The notes beneath the pieces are model-generated. The model ran no database searches. It saw only the letters and a program-made list of their open reading frames with translations, and was not told where the DNA came from. Both the position numbers and the translations under genes were made by a program. This document shows, in pieces, positions 9,884 through 19,126 of a stretch of DNA of 64,000 bases. Location of the stretch: contig JBBRLQ010000015.1 in NCBI GenBank assembly GCA_038231275.1, forward strand, positions 96,001 through 160,000, in the 5' to 3' direction. This DNA is from Polyangiales bacterium. GTDB lineage: Bacteria > Myxococcota_A > Polyangia > Polyangiales > Polyangiaceae. How positions within the stretch are numbered: position 1 is the first letter of the stretch; every line of letters begins with the position of its first letter.

Positions 9884-11182
9884 TCACCGCTTCAGGTTCA
9901 CGACCTCCTGGAGCATCTCGTCGGCGGTCGTGATCGTCTTCGAGTTGGCGGAGAAGGCGCGTTGGTGTGCAATCAGATCGACGAACTGGGTGGCGAGGTC
10001 GACGTTCGACTGCTCGAGCGCGCCCCCGCTGACGGCGCCGCGACCGCCGGAGCCGGCGGTGCCGACCGCGGCGTCGCCGCTCTCGCGCGTGGCGATCCAG
10101 AGGTTGTGGCCCGCGCGGCCGAGGCCCTCGTTCGAGCGGAATTTGGCGATGGCGAGCTGCCCGATGTCGAGCTTCTGGCCGTTCGTGTAGGTGCCCTTCA
10201 CGACGCCCGTGCCGTCGACGCTGATGCCGGCGAGGTCGCCCGACGCGTAGCCGTCTTGCGACTGGTTCGACACGGACGAAGGCGACGCGAACTGCGTGCT
10301 GCCCGTGAGGCCGGTGCCGCCGGTGGCGATGGGGGTGCCGAAATCCACCGTGATCGCCTGGTTCGGGTTCGCGCCGTTGAAGTTGGCGGAGATCGCCGTG
10401 TTGGTCGCCACCGTGTTGAGCGCGCCCGCGCTCGTGAAGGTGAGCGAGCCGCTGCCGATCTCGACGTTGGTGCCCGGCGTGCCGCCGGCGAGCTGCCCAC
10501 CGTCGACGACCGCGTGGTAATCCCAGGCGTTCGCCGCGGTCTTGACCATGTAGACGTCGACCGCGTGCGCGTTGCCGAGCGAGTCGTACACCTGCATCGA
10601 CGTCGAGAAGTTCGACGTGGTCGACGGCTGCGTCGGATCCCAGGGGACCGCGGGCACCGTCGCGTTCGCGTCGAGGTTGGCGGTGATGCCCATCTTGGTC
10701 GTCACAGCCGGCGAGAGCGCCGCGGTGTTCACCTGGAGACCGCTCACGCTCGCGGCGAACTTGCCGCCGCCGAGGGCCTTGTACCCCTGGAGCTGCATGC
10801 CATCGAGGTTGGTGATGTCGCCCTTCGCGTCGATCTTCATCTGACCGGCGCGCGTGTAGAACTGGCCTTGAACGCCGTCGACCGTTCCGCCGACGACGAA
10901 GAAGCCGTCGCCAGAGAGCGCCATGTCGGTGGCGACGCCGGTGTTCGACAGGCTGCCCTGCGTGAACATCTGCTCGACCTGCGACATCGCGACGCCGGAG
11001 CCGGGCAGCGCGGTCGGCGTGCCGGCCGTGACGCTGTGCCCGAGCATGTCGGCGAAGATCGCGCGCTGCGACTTGAAGCCAACGGTGTTGGAGTTGGAGA
11101 TGTTGTCTCCAACCACCCCGAGGGCCTCGCCTTCGGCCGTGATCCCGCTGACACCCGTGTACATCGTCTTGAGAATCGACAT
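9884..11182 (-). CDS. flgE: Hook protein FlgE
   Basis: GDNISNSNTVGFK, YTRAG, LEQSNVDLATQFVDLIAHQRAFSANSK. Confidence 0.97.
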   Translation of the reverse strand: MSILKTMYTGVSGITAEGEALGVVGDNISNSNTVGFKSQRAIFADMLGHSVTAGTPTALPGSGVAMSQVEQMFTQGSLSNTGVATDMALSGDGFFVVGGTVDGVQGQFYTRAGQMKIDAKGDITNLDGMQLQGYKALGGGKFAASVSGLQVNTAALSPAVTTKMGITANLDANATVPAVPWDPTQPSTTSNFSTSMQVYDSLGNAHAVDVYMVKTAANAWDYHAVVDGGQLAGGTPGTNVEIGSGSLTFTSAGALNTVATNTAISANFNGANPNQAITVDFGTPIATGGTGLTGSTQFASPSSVSNQSQDGYASGDLAGISVDGTGVVKGTYTNGQKLDIGQLAIAKFRSNEGLGRAGHNLWIATRESGDAAVGTAGSGGRGAVSGGALEQSNVDLATQFVDLIAHQRAFSANSKTITTADEMLQEVVNLKR

Positions 11183-11203
11183 CTTCGCCTCCGTTACGAG
11201 CCT

Positions 11204-11902
11204 TTATTTACCGGCGTTCACGCTGATGAGATCGCTGGCCGGGGCTTCGACGCCATTGTCGAGCACGAGCTTCGCGTAACCGTTCGAGTAGTTCACCGAC
11301 TTGAGAACGCCGGTCGTTTCTTGCGACGCAGAGACAGGAGCGCCTGCGGCGTTCTTCGCGTCGATCTGCACGGTGTAGTTGCCCTTGGGCTGGGTCATGC
11401 CGTTGTCGTCACGGCCATCCCAGGCGGCGTTCACCAGGCCGGCCTGGTGAGCTCCTACTTGCAGGGTCCGTACCGTCTTGCCCGACGCGTCGTGGATCGT
11501 GACGGTGACCTTGTCGGCGTTGTCGCCGAGCGTGAAGTGAACCGGCTGCGAGAAGCCCGTGCCGTCGAGCGCAACGGACGAGCCCTTCACGGTGACCGAT
11601 TTTCCGACGAGGTTCGCGACGTCGGTGTTCGCGATGCCCTGGTTCTGCGACGCGAGGAAGTCGAGTCGCTTGTTCGTGCCCATCGTCTGCTCGAGCGCCG
11701 AGAACTGCGCGAGCTGCGAGACGAACGCCGTGTCGTCCATCGGCTTCAGCGGATCCTGGTGCGAGATTTGTGCGACCAGGAGCTTCATGAAGGCGTCTTG
11801 GCCGAGGGCCTGGTTGGCCTTTGTGGCCGAGCCGAGCGCGCCGGCCAGGTCGGCCGCCTGCGCACCGCTCGTGCTCACGTTGCTTGTGGGGTTGATTGCC
11901 AT
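11204..11902 (-). CDS. flgD: Hook cap protein FlgD
   Basis: LGQDAFMKLLVAQISHQDPLKPMD, WDGRDDNG; start reset to MAINPTS. Confidence 0.95.
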   Translation of the reverse strand: MAINPTSNVSTSGAQAADLAGALGSATKANQALGQDAFMKLLVAQISHQDPLKPMDDTAFVSQLAQFSALEQTMGTNKRLDFLASQNQGIANTDVANLVGKSVTVKGSSVALDGTGFSQPVHFTLGDNADKVTVTIHDASGKTVRTLQVGAHQAGLVNAAWDGRDDNGMTQPKGNYTVQIDAKNAAGAPVSASQETTGVLKSVNYSNGYAKLVLDNGVEAPASDLISVNAGK

Positions 11903-11909
11903 GGGTTCC

Positions 11910-12515
11910 TCAACCGACGACGTCGAGCGCGCTGGAAGCTTCGTTGCCCACATCGGGCGCGGAGTCGCTCTTGGCGCGCTTCGTCTTGGTCGTGAGAGAC
12001 CTTTGAGCAAATGCGGTGCCGCCGCTGCGAACGGCCACGACGACCGAGGCGACCTTGATTCCGGCGCCGTACATCGACGAGAGGAGGGACGCGCGTTGGG
12101 TCTCCACAGCGACCCTCGCCACGGTGTCGGCGACCTCGAAAACGACCCGAACCGCGCCATCTTCGCGCTCGACGGTGATCCGCATCGGGCCGAGCTCCGC
12201 GTGCGTGACCTCGCTCACGAGCGACGTCCGCTCGGCGGGCGAGGAGGGTGTCATGGCGGCGGCGGTCGTCACGGCGCCGTCGACGGGTCGCCAAATTTCC
12301 GCCGGTCGGCCGAGCGTGACGCCGGGTGTGGGGCGTGAGGATTGCGCGGTCGCTGTGGTCTCGAGCCGGACAACCGGAGCCGGGGCACAGTCGACCCGCG
12401 CACACATCGTCATGAGGAGGGCGAACTCCTCGTCCACGCGCGAGTGCCGCGGCGCGGTCTCGCCGCCGTCGTCCGGCGTCTTCTCAGCTACGGCCAGGAT
12501 CGCTCTGTCTTTCAT
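11910..12515 (-). CDS. fliK: Short FliK-like hook-length control protein
   Basis: C-terminal HAELGPMRITVEREDGAVRVVF resembles FliK T3S4 domain; canonical slot between fliJ and flgD. Confidence 0.65.
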   Translation of the reverse strand: MKDRAILAVAEKTPDDGGETAPRHSRVDEEFALLMTMCARVDCAPAPVVRLETTATAQSSRPTPGVTLGRPAEIWRPVDGAVTTAAAMTPSSPAERTSLVSEVTHAELGPMRITVEREDGAVRVVFEVADTVARVAVETQRASLLSSMYGAGIKVASVVVAVRSGGTAFAQRSLTTKTKRAKSDSAPDVGNEASSALDVVG

Positions 12516-12958
12516 GATCCGTCCCTCGACACGCGCGCGGCGGCCTCGTCGTCCACGATCCGCTCGGCGCGGCGCGCTTCATCGACGTCGCCGCGCGCGA
12601 GGCGGGCGAGGACGAGCTTGAGCCGCTCGATTTTTTGCTGCGCCACGGTGACCGCGGCGTTGGCCTCGGCGACGGCTCGATCGGCCGCCGCGCGCGCCAT
12701 GAGGGCTCTCTCCTCGCGGACGCCGCAGGTGGCGAGCCACGCCTCGCGGACGCTCCAGTCGTCGGCGCTGCCGCCGCGCACCAGATCGGCCTTCGCGTCA
12801 CGGGCCGCGCGCTTGCGGGCGCGTGCCTCTTCCAAGTGGGCTTGCGCGACGTCGGCGCGACCGCGCGCCTCCTGAAGGGCCGCGGCGCACCGCGCGAGAT
12901 CGTCCTCCCATACGCGCTGAACGCGTTCGAGGCGCTTTCTCCGAACCTTCGAGCTCAC
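12512..12958 (-). CDS. fliJ: Export coiled-coil protein FliJ
   Basis: 148-aa helical ORF from GTG overlapping fliI stop; ends RRAERIVDDEAA. Confidence 0.8.
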   Translation of the reverse strand: MSSKVRRKRLERVQRVWEDDLARCAAALQEARGRADVAQAHLEEARARKRAARDAKADLVRGGSADDWSVREAWLATCGVREERALMARAAADRAVAEANAAVTVAQQKIERLKLVLARLARGDVDEARRAERIVDDEAAARVSRDGS

Positions 12959-14268
12959 GCGCCGACCGTCTGACGTGCCAGCGCGGCGATCGCCTGGAGC
13001 GTCTGCTCCATCGGCGTGTGCTCCTCGACGCTCTGTCTGAGGAACGCGTCGATGTGCGGTCCCATGCGCAGCGCCGCGTCGACGTCGGGATCGCTGCCCG
13101 CGACGTACGCGCCGACGCGCACCAAATCCATTGCCTCTTGGCGCGTCGCGAGCAGCTCGCGGAGGAGCGTCGCGGCGCGGAGCTGAGGTTGCGCCATCAG
13201 GTTGGGCGCGAGACGAGAGACGCTCTGCAGCACGTCGATCGCAGGGAAATGCCCGCGTTCCGCGAGGGATCGCGACAAGACGATGTGACCGTCGAGGATG
13301 CTCCGGGTCGCGTCCGCCACCGGATCGGTGAGCTCGTCGCCCTCCACGAGGACGGTGTAGAGCGCCGTGATCGTCCCTTCGCCTGCCGCGGTCCCTGCGC
13401 GCTCGAGGAGGCGCGGGAGCGCGGCGAAGACGCTCGGCGGATACCCCTTCGTCGCGGGCGGCTCGCCGGTCGCGAGCGCGGCCTCGCGCTGCGCCATCGC
13501 GTAGCGCGTCACCGAATCCATGACGAGGAGGACGTTCTTGCCGCGATCGCGGAAATACTCGGCGATCGCGGTGGCCGCCTCGGCGCCGCGCGAGCGAACG
13601 AGGGGCGGTTGATCGCTGGTCGCGGCGACCACGACGGAGCGCGCGAGGCCTTCGTCGCCCAGCGTGCCGCGCACGAAGTCGTTCACCTCGCGGCCGCGCT
13701 CGCCGACGAGCCCGATGACGTTCACGTCGGCGGTGGACGACCGGCAAATCATGCCGAGCAGCGTGGATTTTCCGACGCCGGCGCCCGCGAAGATGCCGAC
13801 GCGCTGCCCGCAGCCGAGGGTGAGGAGCGCGTCGATGGACCGCACGCCGGTCGAGAAAATACGGTCGATCGGCCGACGGGAGACCGGCGGCGGCGGCGCG
13901 GCACGGACGGGCGCGCGGGTGGCGAGGTCGGGCGGCGGGCGATCGTCGAGCGGCCGACCGAACGCATCGACGATGCGACCGAGGAGCGCGTCACCCACAC
14001 CGACGCGCGTGCCTCGATCGAGCCGAACCACGCGTGCTCCCGGACGAACACCGGCGACGCTGCCGAGCGGCGTCGCCACGAGTCGCCCCGCGCGAAAGCC
14101 GATGACCTCGAGATCGAGCCCGCCGTCGGCGATTTGGAGGATGTCCCCGACCCCCGCCTTGAGCCCCCCGACCTCGACGAGGAGGCCGACGACCTCGACG
14201 ACCACGCCGGACGGCTGATGGGCCGTCGCGTTCGACGCCGCGTGGATGTACCGCTCCAACGAGATCAC
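12955..14268 (-). CDS. fliI: Export ATPase FliI
   Basis: GAGVGKS, LVGERGREV, MDSVTRYAMAQRE; start reset to GTG overlapping fliH stop. Confidence 0.97.
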   Translation of the reverse strand: MISLERYIHAASNATAHQPSGVVVEVVGLLVEVGGLKAGVGDILQIADGGLDLEVIGFRAGRLVATPLGSVAGVRPGARVVRLDRGTRVGVGDALLGRIVDAFGRPLDDRPPPDLATRAPVRAAPPPPVSRRPIDRIFSTGVRSIDALLTLGCGQRVGIFAGAGVGKSTLLGMICRSSTADVNVIGLVGERGREVNDFVRGTLGDEGLARSVVVAATSDQPPLVRSRGAEAATAIAEYFRDRGKNVLLVMDSVTRYAMAQREAALATGEPPATKGYPPSVFAALPRLLERAGTAAGEGTITALYTVLVEGDELTDPVADATRSILDGHIVLSRSLAERGHFPAIDVLQSVSRLAPNLMAQPQLRAATLLRELLATRQEAMDLVRVGAYVAGSDPDVDAALRMGPHIDAFLRQSVEEHTPMEQTLQAIAALARQTVGA

Positions 14269-14987
14269 GGGACCAGCGCCTCGAGCACGTGGTAGAGGCG
14301 CGTCTCGACCGACTCGTCGACGCGCCCGAGCTCCGTCTCGACGATGCACTCGCGCGGCCCGAGGGAGGGATCGATCTGCACCTCGCACCTCGGCGCGTCT
14401 CTGCGGAGTGTCTCGGTGAACTCCATGACGATGTCGTCGTCGAGCGCCGCCCCGAATTTCACGACGATCTTGTCCTTCTCGTCGAGCGCCTTGATCCCCT
14501 CGCGCGCCAGGCCCAGGAGGAGGCCAGGATCCATCGCGATTTCGTGGGCGATCACTTGACGCGCGATCGTCACGGCGAGCTCCACGAGCTGGCGCTCGGT
14601 CTGCGAGAAGATCACCTCGCGCAGTGAACCTATGTCGGCCAGGGCTTGCCGCAGCGCCGCGAGGCTCTCGAGCTCGGCGTTGCTCGGCGCCGGGACCTCG
14701 TAGATCGAAGGGCTCGCGAGCTCTGGCTGCGGGGTCTCGTGGGGGACCACCGAGAGGTGGGCCGGCGGCGTCGAGAGCGCGACCGCGGGCGGCGCCATCG
14801 ATGGAGGGCGAGGGCGTTCGCTCGGGCGCGGCGGCGGCGGGAGAGTGACGCGCTGCTGCGTGCGGCGACCGAGGATCGCAGGCGCTTTCCCGAGCCACGC
14901 CGGCGCCGCAGGGACAGCCTTCGGGGATCGGTCGGCGAGGACCAGGCGCTTGGGCTTGTCGGGAAGCGGCGTCTTAGACCATCGCAT
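14265..14987 (-). CDS. fliH: FliH
   Basis: LVELAVTIARQVI, DPSLGPRECIVETELGRVD; between fliG and fliI. Confidence 0.88.
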   Translation of the reverse strand: MRWSKTPLPDKPKRLVLADRSPKAVPAAPAWLGKAPAILGRRTQQRVTLPPPPRPSERPRPPSMAPPAVALSTPPAHLSVVPHETPQPELASPSIYEVPAPSNAELESLAALRQALADIGSLREVIFSQTERQLVELAVTIARQVIAHEIAMDPGLLLGLAREGIKALDEKDKIVVKFGAALDDDIVMEFTETLRRDAPRCEVQIDPSLGPRECIVETELGRVDESVETRLYHVLEALVP

Positions 14988-15954
14988 CGCCGTCGCCTCC
15001 GAGCGAGATGGTCCCCTCGGATTCCAGGCGCATCGCCGTCTCGATGATCTCGCGCTGGGCGGCCTCGACGTCGACGAGGCGAACTCCGCCGAGCGCCGAA
15101 AGATCGTCCTTGAGGAGCTCGGCGGCGCGCGACGACATGCTGCCGAAGATCTTCGCTTTGACCTCTTCCCCTGCGGTCTTGAGCGCCAGAACGAGCTTGT
15201 CGCTCTGGACCTCCTTCAGGAGCATGCGAAGCTGGCGCGCGTCGAGGACCTTCAGATCCTCGAACGTGAACATGGCGCGCCGGATCTCGCCGGCGACCTC
15301 CGGCATCGTGTCGGTGAGCCCGCTGAGGAGCTCCGCCTGCTGCTCCTTCGGGAGCTTGCGCACGAGGGCGGCCGCGCGCGCGACGCCGTCGACCGACATC
15401 GACGCCTCGGCCTCGGCGGCCGGCAAATCGGCGGCGATCGCCTTGGCGACCTCTTCGAGGAGGCCGGCGGGGACCTCGGTGATCGAGCCGAGGCGAGCGA
15501 GCGTGTCCATCTGGAGCTGCGGCGGAAGGGTCTCGAGGATCCGCGCCGCGCGGGTGGCGTCGAGCTGCGAGAGGACGGCCGCGATGAGCTGCGGATGCTC
15601 TTGCTCGAGCGCGGCGGCGAGCGCGGCGACGTCGGCAGTGGCGAGCTGCGAGATCGCCGACTTGGGCGCGTCGACGAAGATCCCTTCGGAGCGCGCCTCG
15701 CCGAACGAGCGCGCCGCGAGTCGGCGGAGGTAGGTGACGCCACCACGCGGGACGGCGATCGCCTGGTTTGCCTTCTCGACGAACTCACGATGAACGTCGT
15801 CGATCGAGCTTGCCGGCACCGCGCGCATCATCGCGGCGACCTCGCGCAGCTTGCGCAGGTCGCCGTCCTCGAGCTCCGCGACGATCGGCGCGGCGATGTT
15901 CTCGTCCAGCGACAAGAGCATCAGCACCGCTTTCTCCGGACCGGTCAACGGCAT
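14974..15954 (-). CDS. fliG: Rotor protein FliG
   Basis: LTGPEKAVLMLLSL, EHPQ, MFTFEDL, VEAAQREII. Confidence 0.96.
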   Translation of the reverse strand: MPLTGPEKAVLMLLSLDENIAAPIVAELEDGDLRKLREVAAMMRAVPASSIDDVHREFVEKANQAIAVPRGGVTYLRRLAARSFGEARSEGIFVDAPKSAISQLATADVAALAAALEQEHPQLIAAVLSQLDATRAARILETLPPQLQMDTLARLGSITEVPAGLLEEVAKAIAADLPAAEAEASMSVDGVARAAALVRKLPKEQQAELLSGLTDTMPEVAGEIRRAMFTFEDLKVLDARQLRMLLKEVQSDKLVLALKTAGEEVKAKIFGSMSSRAAELLKDDLSALGGVRLVDVEAAQREIIETAMRLESEGTISLGGDGDAMV

Positions 15955-15970
15955 GGCTTTCTTCTCTGTA

Positions 15971-15986
15971 AGCAATTCGCGATCCG
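15971..15986 (-). promoter_or_regulatory. Possible internal sigma54 promoter for fliG
   Basis: CGGATCGCGAATTGCT (GG-N10-GC) in the fliF-fliG gap; -24 element imperfect. Confidence 0.5.
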
Positions 15987-16029
15987 GGAGGGGGTGGCGA
16001 GTCGTGCTGCGCACGAAGTGCGGGAGCTT

Positions 16030-17658
16030 TCAGAACTGCGGGGTGGCGACGACGGCGGCGGCGGTCGACGGCGCGTTTAGCCATTCCTTCAGGATGACCG
16101 CGGCGGTCGCGGGGTCGGCGAGCGCGACCTCGAGGGCCTTCTCGCGGGTGAGCTCGTTGGCGGCCTTGCCGGCGGTGAGCGCGCGCGCGGCGACGTCACC
16201 TTCGAGCTGCGCGGGGGTCTCGCCGGCGGCGAGCGCTCTGGCCGCCTCGATCTCGAGGGCGCCCTTCTTGTTCTTGGAGCCACGGCGCCAGAAGAGCACG
16301 AGGATCGCGAGGGCCACGACGCCGGCCGCGCCGGCCGCCGCCCACATGTAAAACGGCTTTTTTGCCCGCGGATCGACGACGGGCACGACCGCGCCGGCGT
16401 CGGCCGTCGCGAACTGCGCGCTCTCGATCTGGAGCACGTCGCCGCGCGCCGCGTCGAAGCCGACCGAGCCTTTCACGAGCGACGCGAGGCGGTCCATCTC
16501 CTCCTTCGAGCGAGGGAGGTACTTGCCATTGTCGTAGGTGCCATCGACGAGCATCGCGATCGAGAGGTGCGCGAGCGTGCCGGGGGGCAGCGTCGTCTTC
16601 TGGGTGACGCGATCGACCTCCCAGTTGCGCGTCCAGCTCGTGCGCCACGCGCTGCCGGCGGCGGGGACCTCGGGCGCGGGGGCAGGAGAGTCGGCGCGGT
16701 TCGACTGCGCGCCGGGCACGCCGGCGACCGTCGCACCCTCGGTTCCGCTCTTTTCTTCGGTCTTTTGCTCGCTGCGGAGCGCGGTCTTCGTGGGCTCGTA
16801 GTGCTCTTCGGTCTTCTCGCGGGAGGACGTGTCGAGCGACGCGGAGATGCGCACGTCGCTCTTGCCGGGGCCGACGACGCGCTCGACGATCGCGCGCGCC
16901 TTTTCCTCGAGCGATCCGGCGACCTCGCGCTCGCGCTCCTCCTGGGCCTCGCTGTCCGCGCCATGCGAAGCGTCAGCGCGTGGACGGTGGAGCGTCATGC
17001 CGTCCGCGCTCACGATGGAGACGCGGTCCTCGGCGAGGCCCGGCACGGCGGCGGAGACGAGGTGGACCACGCTGGCCACCTCCCCCTTGCTGAAAGAGCG
17101 CCCCGCGCGCAGGCGCAGGACGACCGACGCGCTCGCGGTCTGCTTGGAAATGGCGAAGACGCTCTGTTCGGGCAAGACGAGGTGGACGCGCGCGGCCTGC
17201 ACCGCGCCGATCGTGCCGATCGTGCGCGAGAGCTCGCCCTCGAGCGCGCGACGGAGGTTGATGCGCTGCTCGAACTCGGTCGCGCCGAGGCGCGATTTGT
17301 CGAAGAGCTCGAAGCCGACGCCGCCGCCGCGCGGGAGTCCGGCGCCGGCGAGCTCGAGGCGGAGCTCGTGGACCTTCTCCTCGGGGACTTGGACCGCCGT
17401 GCCGCCCGCCTCCACTTTGAAGGGGATTTTCAGCTCTTTCAGCTTACCGGCGATCGCCGCGGCGTCCTCGGCGGACATGTCGGTGAAGAGGTACGCCCAG
17501 TTCTCGCGGCCCGAGAGCGTGCTCACGAGGATGCCGGCGACGATGGTGCTCGCGACGACGATGGCGAGCGCGACGCGCTTGGCGGTGGACATCTTCGCCC
17601 ACAGCGCCATGGCCTGCTTCAGGATCGCGATGAGTCTCTCGTTCACTTTGATTTCCAC
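16030..17658 (-). CDS. fliF: MS-ring protein FliF
   Basis: GVGFELFDK, RRALEGELSRTI, ASASVVL, GFDAARGD; two TM segments. Confidence 0.97.
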   Translation of the reverse strand: MEIKVNERLIAILKQAMALWAKMSTAKRVALAIVVASTIVAGILVSTLSGRENWAYLFTDMSAEDAAAIAGKLKELKIPFKVEAGGTAVQVPEEKVHELRLELAGAGLPRGGGVGFELFDKSRLGATEFEQRINLRRALEGELSRTIGTIGAVQAARVHLVLPEQSVFAISKQTASASVVLRLRAGRSFSKGEVASVVHLVSAAVPGLAEDRVSIVSADGMTLHRPRADASHGADSEAQEEREREVAGSLEEKARAIVERVVGPGKSDVRISASLDTSSREKTEEHYEPTKTALRSEQKTEEKSGTEGATVAGVPGAQSNRADSPAPAPEVPAAGSAWRTSWTRNWEVDRVTQKTTLPPGTLAHLSIAMLVDGTYDNGKYLPRSKEEMDRLASLVKGSVGFDAARGDVLQIESAQFATADAGAVVPVVDPRAKKPFYMWAAAGAAGVVALAILVLFWRRGSKNKKGALEIEAARALAAGETPAQLEGDVAARALTAGKAANELTREKALEVALADPATAAVILKEWLNAPSTAAAVVATPQF

Positions 17659-17665
17659 CGTTGCG

Positions 17666-17998
17666 CTAGATGTTCATGCGCCAGAGATCGTTGAACGCCT
17701 CGACGAGCTTGTTTCGGACGTTGGCGACGAGCTTGAGCTCGATGTCGGCCTGCTTCACGGCGATCATCGTGCCGTGGATGTCGTCGACGGCGCCGGACGC
17801 GAAGTTCTGGGTCTTCACGTCTGCGACGTGGGACGACATGTTCGCCGAGGCGACGGCGTCCTTCAGCAGATCGGCAAACGGAATGCCGGGCGAGGACTGG
17901 ACACCGCCTTGGAGCCTCGGGACGAGGTTCTCCGTGCCGACGTTCGGCGTGTCGATCGGGAGCGCTCCCGAGCCGACCGGCGCCAGCGGCACCGTCAT
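17666..17998 (-). CDS. fliE: FliE
   Basis: FADLLKDAV...VRNKLVEAFNDLWRMNI; ATG overlaps flgC stop. Confidence 0.93.
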   Translation of the reverse strand: MTVPLAPVGSGALPIDTPNVGTENLVPRLQGGVQSSPGIPFADLLKDAVASANMSSHVADVKTQNFASGAVDDIHGTMIAVKQADIELKLVANVRNKLVEAFNDLWRMNI

Positions 17999-18417
17999 TT
18001 GCCGATCCCGAGCGCGCTGTGCGCCATGCCCTTGATCGACTCGATCGACGTGACGCCGGCCTCGTAGGCGCGCGAGGCGGTGATCATGTTGACCATCTCT
18101 TCGACGACGTTGACGTTCGGGTAGGAGACGTACCCCTGTCCGTTCGCGTCCGGGTGCCCCGGCTCGTAGACGAGCTGCGCGGGGCGCTGGTCTTGCGCCA
18201 TCTGCGTGACACGTACGAGCGTCACCGCGCTCGCGCCCGGTCCACCCGACAGCGGCGTCGCTTGGAACACAGGGTCGATGCGCTTGTACGGTCCGCCGCC
18301 CTCGGTGCGCGTGCTGCGCGCGTTGGCGAGGTTCGACGCGATCGCGTTCATCCGCGTGCGCTCGGCCGAGAGGCCCGAGGCCGCGACTTCCATTCCCGTG
18401 AAGATCCCGATGGTCAT
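17995..18417 (-). CDS. flgC: Rod protein FlgC
   Basis: ASNLANA, YEPGHPDA, PNVNVVEEMVNMITASRAYEA. Confidence 0.97.
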   Translation of the reverse strand: MTIGIFTGMEVAASGLSAERTRMNAIASNLANARSTRTEGGGPYKRIDPVFQATPLSGGPGASAVTLVRVTQMAQDQRPAQLVYEPGHPDANGQGYVSYPNVNVVEEMVNMITASRAYEAGVTSIESIKGMAHSALGIGK

Positions 18418-18434
18418 GGTATTTCCCGCCCGAT

Positions 18435-18827
18435 TCAGCCGTGTCCGTCGTTCGCCGCATAGGAGAGGTCCCCGAGCTCGGCGGCCACGAGCGTGGAGAT
18501 GACGTCGTAACGAATCTGGTTCGCCGCGACCTTCGCGGCCTCGCGATCGAGCGACACGAAGTTGCGGTCATTTCCCGCGCCGGCGGTCGGATCTTCGAAG
18601 ACGCGACCGCTGACTGGCATTCCGGACTCCGGAAGTTCGATGTGCGAACCGTTCGTGCGCTGCAAGGAGACCTGAAGCACCCCCTGAAACCCTTCGACGC
18701 GCGCAAGGTCGCGCGGAACGTAGTTCGGTGTGTCCACGTTCGACACGTTCGACACGAGGACGTTGTGGCGCTCGAGGTGGTAATCGAGCGCCTGATGCAG
18801 CGTCCGGATGTCGGCGAAGATGTCCAC
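18435..18827 (-). CDS. flgB: Rod protein FlgB
   Basis: RHNVLVSNVSNVDTPNYVPRD, DRNFVSLDRE. Confidence 0.94.
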   Translation of the reverse strand: MDIFADIRTLHQALDYHLERHNVLVSNVSNVDTPNYVPRDLARVEGFQGVLQVSLQRTNGSHIELPESGMPVSGRVFEDPTAGAGNDRNFVSLDREAAKVAANQIRYDVISTLVAAELGDLSYAANDGHG

Positions 18828-18839
18828 GCACGGACACTG

Positions 18840-18855
18840 AGCACGAGCCGTGCCG
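18840..18855 (-). promoter_or_regulatory. sigma54 promoter of the flgB operon
   Basis: CGGCACGGCTCGTGCT, GG-N10-GC. Confidence 0.8.
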
Positions 18856-18974
18856 TCCCGAAGGGGATCGGCGGCGGCCAGTCGCGTCAGAAGCCCGATG
18901 GCGGAGCGTCGGATTTCCGTCGCTCGGGCCCTGCGTCAACCGTCTAACGACGCGATAGCCAATGCGCCGACGCT

Positions 18975-18990
18975 TGGCGCGCAGCTTGCT
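18975..18990 (+). promoter_or_regulatory. sigma54 promoter upstream of the activator gene
   Basis: TGGCGCGCAGCTTGCT. Confidence 0.75.
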
Positions 18991-19126
18991 CTACTCCGTC
19001 ATCGAAGCGTCGGCGGGAAACTGTCGGCAGAGGGTGCGCGCTGACGGTGGAAACCACCCGGCAAGGCCGGTGGGGGGACCCGTGCGACGCAAGGGCTTGT
19101 TTTAACGACCGAGAAGGAGACTTCCC

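Noticed and set aside
2306..17658. Non-flagellar type III injectisome
   Set aside because: Rod, hook, rings, stators and flagellins are present; no secretin or needle genes
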